Assembly (NCBI GenBank): GCA_964467735.1
Contig: CAYXSR010000006.1
Span: 1 to 57,475, forward strand
DNA from: an uncultured Pseudomonadales bacterium
GTDB taxonomy: Bacteria > Patescibacteriota > Microgenomatia > UBA1400 > CAYXSR01
DNA: 57,475 bases
Direction: 5' to 3'
This document shows, in pieces, positions 7,942 to 17,665 of the stretch. The notes under the pieces are model-generated. The model was not told the origin of the DNA. It saw nothing but the letters and a program-made list of their open reading frames with translations, and did no database searches. Numbering within the stretch: position 1 is the stretch's first letter; each line of letters begins with the position of its first letter. Made by a program: the position numbers and the translations under genes.

Positions 7942-8753
7942 AGATTAGTCGAAAGACGAAAATTGGAATATTTTTAAGTGGTTTAATACTGATAATTAGT
8001 TGGTGGTTTCCTTTTAAAACTATTTTTGCTCAAGAAGAAACTGATTACCTTTTTCAGTATGAAGAATATCGAACAGCCTATGATAATTTTTTAGTAGCTC
8101 GTGATAAATATTCAAAGTATAAAACTTTAACCGCCAGAGACGAAGCTTTAGAGAAAACAAAAAAGATTATTCTTCAGCGAGCAGAAGTCTTACGAACATA
8201 TTTTATTGCTCTTAGAAGTAAAGTTGCTAATGCAACAATTTCACCTTTGACTTTAAAAGAAGAAACAGTTAAAAAACTAGATGAAGAAATTAAATGGTTA
8301 GATCAGCATAAAGAAAAAGTTAATACTACTCCTTTTGCCGACTACCAACAGCTTTTTAGTCTTTCTGCTGAATTGGAAAGTAAAGAATTAGCTATCTACC
8401 AGCTTACTTATCAATCATTAACCTTAGTTGATTTAGAAAAAAACCAATCACTTCAGCAAGATAGTGTTTTACTATGGGAAGCTTTAAATGATGAGGTAGA
8501 AGCCTCGAGTGAAGCAGATTTAAAAGAAAAATTAATTCCTTGGTTAACGGCTGCTAAAGAGAAAAATCGACTGTCAGAACAGCAAACAAACCTAGCTAAA
8601 GATAAATTAGAAGAACTTTACAAAAAAGAGAAGCGGGAGGATTTAGTAAAAATTTATAATCAAATAGAATCTCTTTTAGATGGAGGGATTAAATATCTAA
8701 AAGACTCTTTTTCTTATCAAAAAGAAATCTTTTCTCTTTTAAGCAATGACTGA
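7938..8753 (+). CDS. Secreted all-helical/coiled-coil hypothetical protein
   Basis: Start moved to ATG 7938 (ATGA overlap with the rfbA stop); signal peptide ending TIFA|QEE. Confidence 0.7.
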   Translation: MKISRKTKIGIFLSGLILIISWWFPFKTIFAQEETDYLFQYEEYRTAYDNFLVARDKYSKYKTLTARDEALEKTKKIILQRAEVLRTYFIALRSKVANATISPLTLKEETVKKLDEEIKWLDQHKEKVNTTPFADYQQLFSLSAELESKELAIYQLTYQSLTLVDLEKNQSLQQDSVLLWEALNDEVEASSEADLKEKLIPWLTAAKEKNRLSEQQTNLAKDKLEELYKKEKREDLVKIYNQIESLLDGGIKYLKDSFSYQKEIFSLLSND

Positions 8754-9159
8754 AGAAACTGTTTTACCACCAATTAGTAGTGACGAAAAGATTCCCTTAA
8801 AAGAATTAAAAGAAGAAAGTTTAATAGACAAAGAGCAAGAACAAAAAAGTAAAAAAAATAAAAAACTTTTACTACTGGGAATTTTGTTAGGTTTTATTTT
8901 AGCTGCAGGAGTTTTACTTTTAATAATTAAACTGAAAAATAAATTTACTAAAAAAGAAATTTCTCCTTCTCCGACAATAGAATCAGTTGCTCCTTCAAAC
9001 AGCGCTTCTCCTTTGGCTAGTCCAATTTCTGGAATGCAAGCAATAAAAGAGAAAATCTTCCGATTGGAAGAAAAATTAAAATCCATTGAAGGAACAGAAG
9101 AAAAATTAAAACCAGTGCCGGTTTTGGATTTCAAATTAGAATTTGAAATAGATGATTGA
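8746..9159 (+). CDS. Single-pass membrane protein with Ser/Pro/Thr-rich stretch
   Basis: One TM, then EISPSPTIESVAPSNSASPLASPIS. Confidence 0.7.
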   Translation: MTEETVLPPISSDEKIPLKELKEESLIDKEQEQKSKKNKKLLLLGILLGFILAAGVLLLIIKLKNKFTKKEISPSPTIESVAPSNSASPLASPISGMQAIKEKIFRLEEKLKSIEGTEEKLKPVPVLDFKLEFEIDD

Positions 9160-9640
9160 TAAAAAAACCCTGCTTATAATTGACTCGATTTTATTAATTT
9201 TTATCTTCCTTATTTTAACTTTCTTTTTAAGAAATAGTTTTAAAGAAAAAGAAATAAGACCTGGTAAAACGCCAATTGTTTTTAATAATTCAGAAAAAAC
9301 AAAAGTTTTTGCCGAGATTGCCAGGAGTTTTCAAGAAAGACAAACAGGTTTGATGTTTCGAACTTCTTTGGTTGAAGATGAAGGAATGATTTTTGTTTTT
9401 GATAAAGAAGATAGGTATACTTTTTGGATGAAAAATACTCTAATTCCTCTAGATATGATTTTTATTTCAAAAGATAAAAAGGTAATTGAGTGTTTAGAAG
9501 AGGTACAGCCTTGCAAACAAGATCCCTGCCCTTCATATGGAACAAATAAAGAGTTAACTATGTTTATTTTGGAAGTAAACAGCGGTTTTTGTCGAAAACA
9601 CAAGATTAACGTTGGTAATAGCTTAATTTTTGATTTGTAG
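9152..9640 (+). CDS. DUF192 family protein
   Basis: AEIA...ERQTGLMFR...GMIFVF...FWMKNTLIPLDMIF...LEVNSG. Confidence 0.9.
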   Translation: MIDKKTLLIIDSILLIFIFLILTFFLRNSFKEKEIRPGKTPIVFNNSEKTKVFAEIARSFQERQTGLMFRTSLVEDEGMIFVFDKEDRYTFWMKNTLIPLDMIFISKDKKVIECLEEVQPCKQDPCPSYGTNKELTMFILEVNSGFCRKHKINVGNSLIFDL

Positions 9641-9670
9641 TTGACTTCGGTTTTTGTTCGTGGTTATTAT
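9641..9670 (+). promoter_or_regulatory. Promoter of rarA, probably leaderless
   Basis: TTGACT-18 bp-TATTAT, ending 7 nt before ATG 9678; no SD. Confidence 0.55.
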
Positions 9671-9677
9671 AGAATTA

Positions 9678-10868
9678 ATGGAAAATAATTCTCCTTTAGC
9701 AGAACAGATAAGACCTCAAAGTTTAAAGACTTTTATTGGGCAAGATCATTTAGTTGGCGAAGGCAAACCAATTAGATTAATGGTCGAAAAAAAACAATCA
9801 TTTTCTTTAATTTTTTGGGGACCGCCGGGTTGTGGTAAGACTTCTTTAGCCAGAATTATCGCTCAAGAAATGGGTTTACATTTCTTTCAATTTTCAGCTG
9901 TTTCTGCGGGTAAGAATGATCTTAGAAAAGTAGTTAAATCAATTAATGAGGGGCTTTTTCAAAAAGGGTCAATTGTCTTTTTAGACGAAATTCATCGTTT
10001 TAACAAAGCCCAGCAAGATTATCTTTTGCCATATGTTGAAAACGGAACGATTACTTTAATTGGGGCAACTACCGAAAATCCCTCTTTTGAAGTAATTGGA
10101 CCTTTGCTTTCTCGTTGTCGAGTTTTTGTATTAAATGAGTTGACAAAAAAAGAGATTGAAAAAATTATTAAAAAAGCTTTAAAAGCATTAGATAAAGAAA
10201 TAAAAATTGATCAGGAAACTAGAGATTGGTTGATAAATCTTTCCGCTGGTGATGCTCGGCAAGTGATTAATCTTTTAGAGAATAGTTATCAATTATTTAA
10301 AACAAAAATTAGGAAAACTAAAAAGATTAGTTTAGATATTTTAAAAACTACCTTACAATCACCTTATTTACGATATGATAAGGCTGGTGAAGAGCATTAC
10401 AACACAATCTCGGCATTTATTAAGTCTATGAGGGCTTCTAATGTTGATGCCGCTTTGTATTATTTGGCACGGATGGTGGCCGCTGGTGAAGATCCTTTAT
10501 TTATTGCTCGCCGAATGGTCATCTTTGCTTCCGAAGACGTTGTTTCTCCAACTGCCCTAGTCGTTGCCAATGCTGTTTTCCAAGCCTGCAATACCATTGG
10601 TTACCCAGAGTGTCAGGAGAACTTAGCCGCTGGTACAGTTTTTCTTTGCCAGGCTCAAAAAGATAGATCAGCTTATAATGCTTATATGAAAGCCTTGGGT
10701 GATGTTGAGAAATTTGGTAACCTTCCAATTCCCATGGAGCTTCGCAACGCAACAACAAAATTAATGAAAGAAGTTGGCTATGGAAAAGGTTATGATAAAT
10801 ATACTAAAAAAGATTTACTGCCAGACAAGTTAAAAGGAAAAAAATATTATATTAACGAGGGAAAATGA
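9678..10868 (+). CDS. rarA: Replication-associated recombination protein A (RarA/MgsA)
   Basis: PLAEQIRP, WGPPGCGKT, DEIHRFNKAQQD, GATTENPSF, ISAFIKSMR, ASED; start moved from the ORF-track TTG to ATG 9678. Confidence 0.95.
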   Translation: MENNSPLAEQIRPQSLKTFIGQDHLVGEGKPIRLMVEKKQSFSLIFWGPPGCGKTSLARIIAQEMGLHFFQFSAVSAGKNDLRKVVKSINEGLFQKGSIVFLDEIHRFNKAQQDYLLPYVENGTITLIGATTENPSFEVIGPLLSRCRVFVLNELTKKEIEKIIKKALKALDKEIKIDQETRDWLINLSAGDARQVINLLENSYQLFKTKIRKTKKISLDILKTTLQSPYLRYDKAGEEHYNTISAFIKSMRASNVDAALYYLARMVAAGEDPLFIARRMVIFASEDVVSPTALVVANAVFQACNTIGYPECQENLAAGTVFLCQAQKDRSAYNAYMKALGDVEKFGNLPIPMELRNATTKLMKEVGYGKGYDKYTKKDLLPDKLKGKKYYINEGK

Positions 10869-11206
10869 AAATTGTACATAGTAACCAAACAACTAAACAT
10901 ATAAACAGTAAGGGTTGTATGACTATTGAATATCCTTTAGGTGATAAAGACATTAATGGCGCCGTGATTAGACTATATGGTAGAGAGCCAGATAAAGGTA
11001 GAGCGATGAATACTAAATGTAAAGAATTAGCTTATATTATTTCGGGTTCTGGGAAAGTAGTAGTTAATGGTAAAAAAGTAAGATTTAAGAAAGGAGACTT
11101 GATTCTTATCAAACCAGGAGAAAAGTTTTATTGGCAGGGGAAGGCAACTATGTTTATGCCTTGTAATCCGGCTTGGTACCCAGAACAATATAAGATGGTA
11201 AGATGA
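10865..11206 (+). CDS. Cupin domain protein
   Basis: ELAYIISGSGKV...GDLILIKPGEKFYW. Confidence 0.8.
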   Translation: MKIVHSNQTTKHINSKGCMTIEYPLGDKDINGAVIRLYGREPDKGRAMNTKCKELAYIISGSGKVVVNGKKVRFKKGDLILIKPGEKFYWQGKATMFMPCNPAWYPEQYKMVR

Positions 11207-11505
11207 CAAATTTAGAAGAATTGACTAAAAAAGTAGTTGAGTTTAGGAAAAAAAGAAATTGGAAAAAATATCATTCTCCAAAGAACCAGGCGATTGCTTT
11301 ACTGATCGAAGCAGCTGAATTTTTAGAGGTTTTTAATTATTCTCTTAACCATAAAATTCCTAAAAATCAAAAGAGACATTTTCAAGAAGAATTAATGGAT
11401 GTTTTATATTGGGTATTGATTATTGCCCATGATAACAAGATTGATATTCAAAAAGCTTTTGAGAAGAAAATGAAGAAGAATGGAGTAAAATACCCATTAA
11501 TTTAA
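11203..11505 (+). CDS. MazG-like nucleotide pyrophosphohydrolase
   Basis: FRKKRNWKKYHSPKN...EAAEFLE...EELMDV...KMKKNGVKYP. Confidence 0.85.
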   Translation: MTNLEELTKKVVEFRKKRNWKKYHSPKNQAIALLIEAAEFLEVFNYSLNHKIPKNQKRHFQEELMDVLYWVLIIAHDNKIDIQKAFEKKMKKNGVKYPLI

Positions 11506-11535
11506 TTTTTAAAAAAGCTTTAAGAAAGGAGAAAG

Positions 11536-11895
11536 ATGAAGAAAAGAACATTTGTAGAAATTTGTATTTATGAAGTTAAACCAGACAAAACTAAAGAATT
11601 TGAGGAGTTAATAAAAAAAGTTCTTAAACATCACACAAATTATCCGGGAGTAGTTGATGTAAGATATATGAAAAGAACTCATAGATCAACTAGTTTTGCT
11701 GGAGCCAAAAAAGGCGAGGCAGCAATAAAACTAACTAGAAAGCCACAGGTTGTCACTTATGTTTTATATTGGGAGCTAGATAACGAAATCGTCCACGGAA
11801 AGGCAACAAAGTCTGGTTTAACTCATTTTCTTAAAGATTTTTCTAAATGTTTACTAAAACCACCCAAAATGATTTTGGGAGAGAGGATAACATGA
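11536..11895 (+). CDS. Hypothetical protein, possible ABM-like dimeric alpha/beta barrel
   Basis: YEVKPDKTKEFEE...YPG...YVLYWE pattern; SD aaagga. Confidence 0.55.
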   Translation: MKKRTFVEICIYEVKPDKTKEFEELIKKVLKHHTNYPGVVDVRYMKRTHRSTSFAGAKKGEAAIKLTRKPQVVTYVLYWELDNEIVHGKATKSGLTHFLKDFSKCLLKPPKMILGERIT

Positions 11896-12248
11896 AAAAA
11901 ATATCAATGTGTGGATTAGATTGCGGCGATTGTCCCTGTTTTCTAGCCCTGAAAAATGATAATGATGAATTGAGGAAAAAAACTGCCAAGAAATGGGCGA
12001 AAGAATATGGAGAGAAAGACTTAAAACCAGAAGATATAAACTGTTTGGGATGTTTATCTTTAAGCGAACCATTATATCGACATTGTCATGAGTGTGAAGT
12101 AAGAAAATGTGGGTTAGGAAAGGATGTTGAAAACTGTGGCGGATGTGACAGTTACAATAATTGTGGCAAAATCTCAAGTCTTCATAAAATGATACCCGAA
12201 GGTAAAAAAGTTTGTAGTGAGATTAGAAAAAGAAAAAATAGGGATTAA
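11892..12248 (+). CDS. DUF3795 Cys-rich protein
   Basis: CGLDCGDCP...CLGC...CHECEVRKC...NCGGC..Y..C; start moved to ATG 11892 after SD gagagga. Confidence 0.85.
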   Translation: MKKISMCGLDCGDCPCFLALKNDNDELRKKTAKKWAKEYGEKDLKPEDINCLGCLSLSEPLYRHCHECEVRKCGLGKDVENCGGCDSYNNCGKISSLHKMIPEGKKVCSEIRKRKNRD

Positions 12249-12514
12249 ATAAGAAGATTTTCATAAAGAGGAGCATGAAGGGTTGAAGCGGTAACAATGA
12301 TGACTCCTTCAATTGGTTTTCCTCGTGGTGAAATAATTGGTTCGGGAAGAAAGACATTAAAGTTGTGGAGACCAGTTTCTGGATCAACGCCAGTTATATG
12401 AGCTGAAAGTCCTTCAAAAACACCGGCTCCTGGTCCAAGCGTCAAAACACTATTTACTATCCCACCTAAAGGAATATCTTGTTTAATAATAACTTCTTGA
12501 AGTGAAATTGACAT
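12245..12514 (-). CDS. Hypothetical protein
   Basis: Fills the gap downstream of the receiver gene on the same strand; no motif recognised. Confidence 0.55.
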   Translation of the reverse strand: MSISLQEVIIKQDIPLGGIVNSVLTLGPGAGVFEGLSAHITGVDPETGLHNFNVFLPEPIISPRGKPIEGVIIVTASTLHAPLYENLLI

Positions 12515-12521
12515 AATTATA

Positions 12522-12893
12522 TTATATCAAGCTAGCGATAAGTTCAGCTACCTGACGAGCATCTGGTTTAGAAACATTGAAATGGACACCTTCTATATTC
12601 TTAGAGCCAGAAAATCCAATAACAGTAATGTCTTCTAGTAGATTAAGCTCTGTCATTGCCGCTAATATTGTTTGGGCATCTTCACCAGTATGTACGCCTC
12701 TTTTAAGATTTGCATCAAGAACTAAAACATCTGCTTCAAATTCCGGAAGTAGTTGTGGAAGAGCTTCTAAGGCCACTTGTAAAGTTTCAGCACTACCAAC
12801 AACATTATCTCCTTGTAAAGCGCAATACCTTGAAAGAAGGTCTGTCATTAATGCTTCATCATCTATTACAAAAACTTTATGATCAGGTGACAT
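12522..12893 (-). CDS. Stand-alone response regulator receiver domain
   Basis: VFVIDDE...DVLVLDANL...VIGFSG...VSKP (DD, phospho-Asp, Ser, Lys-Pro); SD gaggag; TGgTATAAT upstream (12931-12939, minus strand). Confidence 0.8.
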   Translation of the reverse strand: MSPDHKVFVIDDEALMTDLLSRYCALQGDNVVGSAETLQVALEALPQLLPEFEADVLVLDANLKRGVHTGEDAQTILAAMTELNLLEDITVIGFSGSKNIEGVHFNVSKPDARQVAELIASLI

Positions 12894-13028
12894 TTTTTCT
12901 CCTCTATTCGGTAATTTTTAGTATGCATGTATTATACCAGAAAGTTTATTTTTTAAAAGTTTTTCTAATTGGTCATAAGATATTTTTCTTTACATTTATT
13001 TGTTTAATCTTTTATAATCCTTTATAGG

Positions 13029-13619
13029 ATGAGTAAGCTTAAACGCTATTTTTATTTTTTTATCCATCTTAATTTTATTACCGGTTTTTCTTATGCGCTT
13101 TATCATTTCTTAAATACTCCTAGAAGCGTCTTTTTACACCGTCGACTATGGGCCTATGAAAGTTGGATTATTATGTCTTTTTATTGTTTATTTATTTTCT
13201 TAATTCTGTGGGAAAAAGAAGTAAGAGTAAAAGAGGTTTTAAAGAAAAGAATCAAAAGATTTAAGCAAGTTTTATTGCTTAACCTTTTACTTCTAGTTTT
13301 TCCCTGGGGAAGTTTTCTTTTACTAGCACCTCAACAGCTACTGAATATTTTTAGTTTAAGTTCAATTTATTGGCGAATTTTAGGCTTTTGTTCTTTAATC
13401 GGAGCAATTGTTTATTATTTCCCTTATCATTTTTATAAAAAGAGACTAGCTTTTTATATTTTAGCGTTTGGCTTCATTGACAATTTTTTAGCTGGGGCAA
13501 TTGTTTTTATTCTTTTTATTTTGAACAAGGTTCCCCTGATTGCTTTTAGTTCTGTGCCGTTGCTTTTTTATTTTTCTTTCTTTTTTTTGGAACAAGCAAG
13601 AGATTATAAAAGAAGCTAG
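13029..13619 (+). CDS. Polytopic hypothetical membrane protein
   Basis: About 6 hydrophobic segments; TTTACA-18-TATAAT promoter at 12989-13018. Confidence 0.7.
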   Translation: MSKLKRYFYFFIHLNFITGFSYALYHFLNTPRSVFLHRRLWAYESWIIMSFYCLFIFLILWEKEVRVKEVLKKRIKRFKQVLLLNLLLLVFPWGSFLLLAPQQLLNIFSLSSIYWRILGFCSLIGAIVYYFPYHFYKKRLAFYILAFGFIDNFLAGAIVFILFILNKVPLIAFSSVPLLFYFSFFFLEQARDYKRS

Positions 13620-15010
13620 CCGTTAATAACAGCCAGAGGTTTTAGTTTTGCCACTTTTTTTGAAAGACCGGCTTCTACCAAAATATCGACAATTTCATTG
13701 ATATTCTTATAAACCTGTGGTGCTTCATCAGCAATATGATGAAACGGTTTGTTGTGTAAGATTCCTTCCATGCTTTTCTCAAAGTCGCTTTCTTTAATAG
13801 TTTTTTTTGCTTGATTGCGACTCATTAATCTGCCAGCACCATGGTTAATAGAATGGAAAGTTTCTTTATTTTTGGGAACACCGATCATAATATAAGAAGC
13901 TGTACCCATACTTCCAGGAACAATTGCTGGATGTCCGGTATTCATGTAAATTTCAGGATTTTGAGGATGATCAGCTGGTAAAGCACGGGTAGCACCTTTT
14001 CGATGGATAACTAATCTTTTTCCATCATATTCTTCCCATTTGGCAATATTGTGAGCAACATCATATAAAAGATTTAGTTTTTGGTCGAATTGTTTCTCAA
14101 AAGCTTGACGGACAAAATAAGTCATCATTTGTCGGTTACAAAAAGCAAAATTAACACAAGCCGCCATTGCCCCAAAATACTTTTTACCCTCAGAGGTTTC
14201 TATTGGTAAAGCGGCTAATCCCTGACGAGGAACATCAATACCATACTTATCTTTTAATTTCCAAAATAACTTAGTATAGTCAAGACAAGTTTGATGACCT
14301 AATGCTCTTGATCCGGAATGGATCATAATACAAATTTGATTTTTAAAAACCCCCCATTGAGAAGCAATAGCTTGATCAAAAATTTCTTCAATTGTCACAA
14401 TATCTATAAAATGATTTCCAGACCCTAGAGTTCCAAGTTGGTTTGCAGCTCTCTTAATGGCTCGGGGACTTAAAGCTTCGTAGTTTGCCTCTAGCATATG
14501 ACCATTTTCTTCTGTATGTTTTAAATCTTCCGGAAGAGCATAACCTTTATCTACAAGATAGGGAACACCTTTACCAACAATATCTTTGAGATCAAGGTTA
14601 AGATCTTTTTTGTGTTCCTTACCTAATCCAGCAGGAATTAATTTTTCAATTTCTTTAATTAAAGTTGTTAATATTTCAGGGGTTATTTTATCGACTTGAT
14701 AATTTAAAGGACTAGTTAAAACTCGTACACCACAGTTTATATCCATACCAACAGCTCCAACACTTATTAATCCTTTAGTAGCCATTACTCCGCCAATTGG
14801 TAGACCAAAACCTTGATGAATATCTGGCATTCCAATTACTGGAGAAACGACATTTGTTAAGCTGGCAGCTTCTTTTAATTGAGACAATGAAAGATCATCT
14901 TGAATGAGTTGGAGAATATGAGGATTAGCATAAACATAAACATCAGCTTTCATCCTGCCAGTTTTAGGAAGGCGATATTTGTTGGTGGAGACCAACTTTA
15001 AAGCTAGCAT
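13616..15010 (-). CDS. rtcB: RNA-splicing/repair ligase RtcB
   Basis: MPDIHQGFGLPIGG, DINCG, GTLGSGNHF, HSGSR, HN, HRKGAT, PGSMG, HGAGR, DEAP..YK. Confidence 0.95.
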   Translation of the reverse strand: MLALKLVSTNKYRLPKTGRMKADVYVYANPHILQLIQDDLSLSQLKEAASLTNVVSPVIGMPDIHQGFGLPIGGVMATKGLISVGAVGMDINCGVRVLTSPLNYQVDKITPEILTTLIKEIEKLIPAGLGKEHKKDLNLDLKDIVGKGVPYLVDKGYALPEDLKHTEENGHMLEANYEALSPRAIKRAANQLGTLGSGNHFIDIVTIEEIFDQAIASQWGVFKNQICIMIHSGSRALGHQTCLDYTKLFWKLKDKYGIDVPRQGLAALPIETSEGKKYFGAMAACVNFAFCNRQMMTYFVRQAFEKQFDQKLNLLYDVAHNIAKWEEYDGKRLVIHRKGATRALPADHPQNPEIYMNTGHPAIVPGSMGTASYIMIGVPKNKETFHSINHGAGRLMSRNQAKKTIKESDFEKSMEGILHNKPFHHIADEAPQVYKNINEIVDILVEAGLSKKVAKLKPLAVING

Positions 15011-15016
15011 GTTTTC

Positions 15017-15045
15017 ATTATAAGCTACTTGGTGAGGAAAGTCTA
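15017..15045 (-). promoter_or_regulatory. Promoter of rtcB, probably leaderless
   Basis: Minus strand TAGACT-17 bp-TATAAT-gaaaac-ATG. Confidence 0.6.
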
Positions 15046-15088
15046 AAGAGAAGCTGTTAAATTTTTCTAAGCTCTACAGATAAGATAA

Positions 15089-15117
15089 TTGGAAAAAAAG
15101 ATTAGTAGTGGTACAAT
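15089..15117 (+). promoter_or_regulatory. Promoter of rfbBCD
   Basis: TTGGAA-17 bp-TACAAT with extended TG. Confidence 0.55.
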
Positions 15118-15181
15118 GGGAAATAGATTATTTATCGCTTGCTTTTTTATTAAAGAAACTTTTAGAAAAGGAAACTTAAAA

Positions 15182-16195
15182 ATGAGGGTTTTAGTTACCG
15201 GCGGAGCCGGATTCATCGGATCAAACTTCATTCATTATTGGCTTAAGAAACATCCAAAAGATTTTATTACCAATTTAGATAGACTTACTTATGCAGGCAA
15301 TTTGGAGAGCTTAAAGGATATTGAAAAAAATCCAAATTATAAGTTTATTAAAGGAGATATTTGTGACCCAAAATTGGTATCTGATTTAATGTCTAAGACT
15401 GATATTGTTGTTCATTTTGCCGCTGAATCTCATGTAGATCGTTCAATAATAGAACCAGCAATTTTTGTAATGACCAACACTGTGGGTACTCAAATTCTTT
15501 TAGACGCCGCTTTGAAAAACAAAGTTAAACATTTTCACCATATTTCAACTGACGAAGTTTTTGGTTCCCTAGAACTTAACTCAAAAGAAAAATTTAACGA
15601 AGAAACTTCTTTCAAACCTAATAGTCCTTATGCTGCTAGTAAAGCAGGTTCGGATATGTTAGTTAGGGCTTATTTTAAAACATATAGTTTGCCGGTGACG
15701 ATTACCAATACTTCCAATAATTATGGTTCTTATCAATTTCCTGAAAAGTTTATTCCTCTAGCAATTACCAATCTTTTAGAAGGTAAAAAAATCCCTCTAT
15801 ATGGTGATGGATTAAACGTTCGTGATTGGCTTTATGTTGAGGATCATTGTCGAGCCATTGATTTAGTTCTACAAAAAGGTAAGTTAGGAGAAACTTATTG
15901 TATTGGTGGGATGACGGAAGATGTTAACAACCTTGCGGTAGTGAAGAAAATCTGCCAAATCATGGGGGAAAATGAAAGCTCTATTGAATTTATTAAGGAT
16001 AGACCAGGTCATGATAGACGCTATGCTCTTGATTGGACAAAAGCTAAAGAAAAATTAAGTTACAAGCCACAATATGATTTTGAGACTTGGTTGGAGAAAA
16101 CAATTAATTGGTATAGAAAAAATGAATGGTGGTGGAAGCCATTAAAAGAAAAACAACAAGAGTATTTTACCAAACAATATAAAAAAAATGATTGA
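15182..16195 (+). CDS. rfbB: dTDP-glucose 4,6-dehydratase
   Basis: VTGGAGFIGSNF, LTYAGN, FAAESHVDRSI, STDEV, YAASK, DRPGHDRRY; start moved to ATG 15182. Confidence 0.95.
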   Translation: MRVLVTGGAGFIGSNFIHYWLKKHPKDFITNLDRLTYAGNLESLKDIEKNPNYKFIKGDICDPKLVSDLMSKTDIVVHFAAESHVDRSIIEPAIFVMTNTVGTQILLDAALKNKVKHFHHISTDEVFGSLELNSKEKFNEETSFKPNSPYAASKAGSDMLVRAYFKTYSLPVTITNTSNNYGSYQFPEKFIPLAITNLLEGKKIPLYGDGLNVRDWLYVEDHCRAIDLVLQKGKLGETYCIGGMTEDVNNLAVVKKICQIMGENESSIEFIKDRPGHDRRYALDWTKAKEKLSYKPQYDFETWLEKTINWYRKNEWWWKPLKEKQQEYFTKQYKKND

Positions 16196-16736
16196 TTTTT
16201 TCACTCTAGATAAACTAAAAAGCTATCCTTTAATTAAAGATGTTGTTGTTCGACCTTTAAAAGTCAATCGTGATGAAAGAGGAATTTTAGTCGAAACAAT
16301 AAAAAAAAACTGGAACGATGTTTATGGAGTTGATAAACCTTTCTCGCAAAATTATTTTTCAATAACCCAACCACATGTAGCTCGAGATGAGGATCAATGG
16401 CATATTCACCCAACAAAACAGATTGATCGTTTTGTAGTAGTGAAAGGAGATCTTGTTTTAGCGATGGCAGATGCTCGTAGAGATTCTCCAACGTTTAGAC
16501 AATTAAATTTATTTAAAATGGGGGAATCAAACAGAGATAATGGTCGTTATTTACTTTTAGTTCCCAAGGCTGTTTTACATTGTTTTTTAACCATTGGTAA
16601 AAAAGAAGTAGTTATTTTAAATTTTCCCACTCAACTTTATGATTCTAAGGAAGAAGGCCGGTTACCATTCAATAAATTTAAATTGAAAGACGGTAGCTTT
16701 TTTTCTTGGGATAAAGTGAGAAAAAGGACAGGTTAA
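16188..16736 (+). CDS. rfbC: dTDP-4-dehydrorhamnose 3,5-epimerase family
   Basis: DERG..VE, WHIH..QIDRF, D.RRDSPT, LLVP..VLH.F; lies between rfbB and rfbD. Confidence 0.85.
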   Translation: MIDFFTLDKLKSYPLIKDVVVRPLKVNRDERGILVETIKKNWNDVYGVDKPFSQNYFSITQPHVARDEDQWHIHPTKQIDRFVVVKGDLVLAMADARRDSPTFRQLNLFKMGESNRDNGRYLLLVPKAVLHCFLTIGKKEVVILNFPTQLYDSKEEGRLPFNKFKLKDGSFFSWDKVRKRTG

Positions 16737-17662
16737 TGACAAAAAATAAAAAAGAAAGTCCCCAGATTATCGGCACTGGTTTATCTGGCTTAATAGGTTC
16801 AAGAGTTGTTGAATTATTAAAAGATAAATTTAGTTTTATTGATTTTAGTTTAGATAAGGGCGTTGATATTACTAACTTTGAATTATTAAAGAAAAAGTTT
16901 GAAGAAAATTCAAAAGCAGAAACAATTCTTCATTTAGCTGCCTTTACAGATGTTGATGCGGCTTGGAAACAAAGAGGAGATAAAAACAGCTTGTGTTATC
17001 GGGTTAATGTTTTGGGGACAAGAAACATTGCCAAGCTTTGCAAACAATATAAAAAATATTTGATACATATCTCAACTGATTTTATTTTTGATGGAAAGAA
17101 AAAAACTTTTTATACAGAATATAACAAACCAAATCCAATCGATTGGTATGGCAAAACAAAATTCTGGGCAGAACAAGAAGTTAAAAAATGTGATTGCAAA
17201 AATGTCATTTTAAGAACTGGTTTTCCATTTAAAGCGAAAAGGGCTTCTAAAAAATTGGAACCAAAACCAAAAGAAGATTTAGTAAGAAAAATAATTCATA
17301 AACTGAAAAAGAATCAAGAAGTTAAACTTTTTAGCGATCAAATAATTACCCCAACTTTTATTGACGATATTGTCAAGGCTTTGGAGAAAATATTTATAAT
17401 AAAGCCTCAAGGCATATTTCATCTTGTCGGATCAACACCTCTTTCTCCATATGAATTGGCTCTAATGGTAGCAAATATTTTTGATTTGCCAAAAGAAAAA
17501 ATTATCGAAACAAGCCTTTCTGAATATTTGAAACAAAAAGATATAAGACCAAGACAACATTATTTACCACTTTCTAATATGAAATTGAAAGAAAAGTTAG
17601 GGGTTCGCCTTTTGAATATAAGAGAAGCATTATTGAAAATGAAACAGCAAATGAAAGACTAA
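16736..17662 (+). CDS. rfbD: dTDP-4-dehydrorhamnose reductase
   Basis: TGLSGLIG, HLAAFTDVD, ISTDFIFDG, YGKTK, DQIITPTF. Confidence 0.9.
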   Translation: MTKNKKESPQIIGTGLSGLIGSRVVELLKDKFSFIDFSLDKGVDITNFELLKKKFEENSKAETILHLAAFTDVDAAWKQRGDKNSLCYRVNVLGTRNIAKLCKQYKKYLIHISTDFIFDGKKKTFYTEYNKPNPIDWYGKTKFWAEQEVKKCDCKNVILRTGFPFKAKRASKKLEPKPKEDLVRKIIHKLKKNQEVKLFSDQIITPTFIDDIVKALEKIFIIKPQGIFHLVGSTPLSPYELALMVANIFDLPKEKIIETSLSEYLKQKDIRPRQHYLPLSNMKLKEKLGVRLLNIREALLKMKQQMKD

Positions 17663-17665
17663 TGT

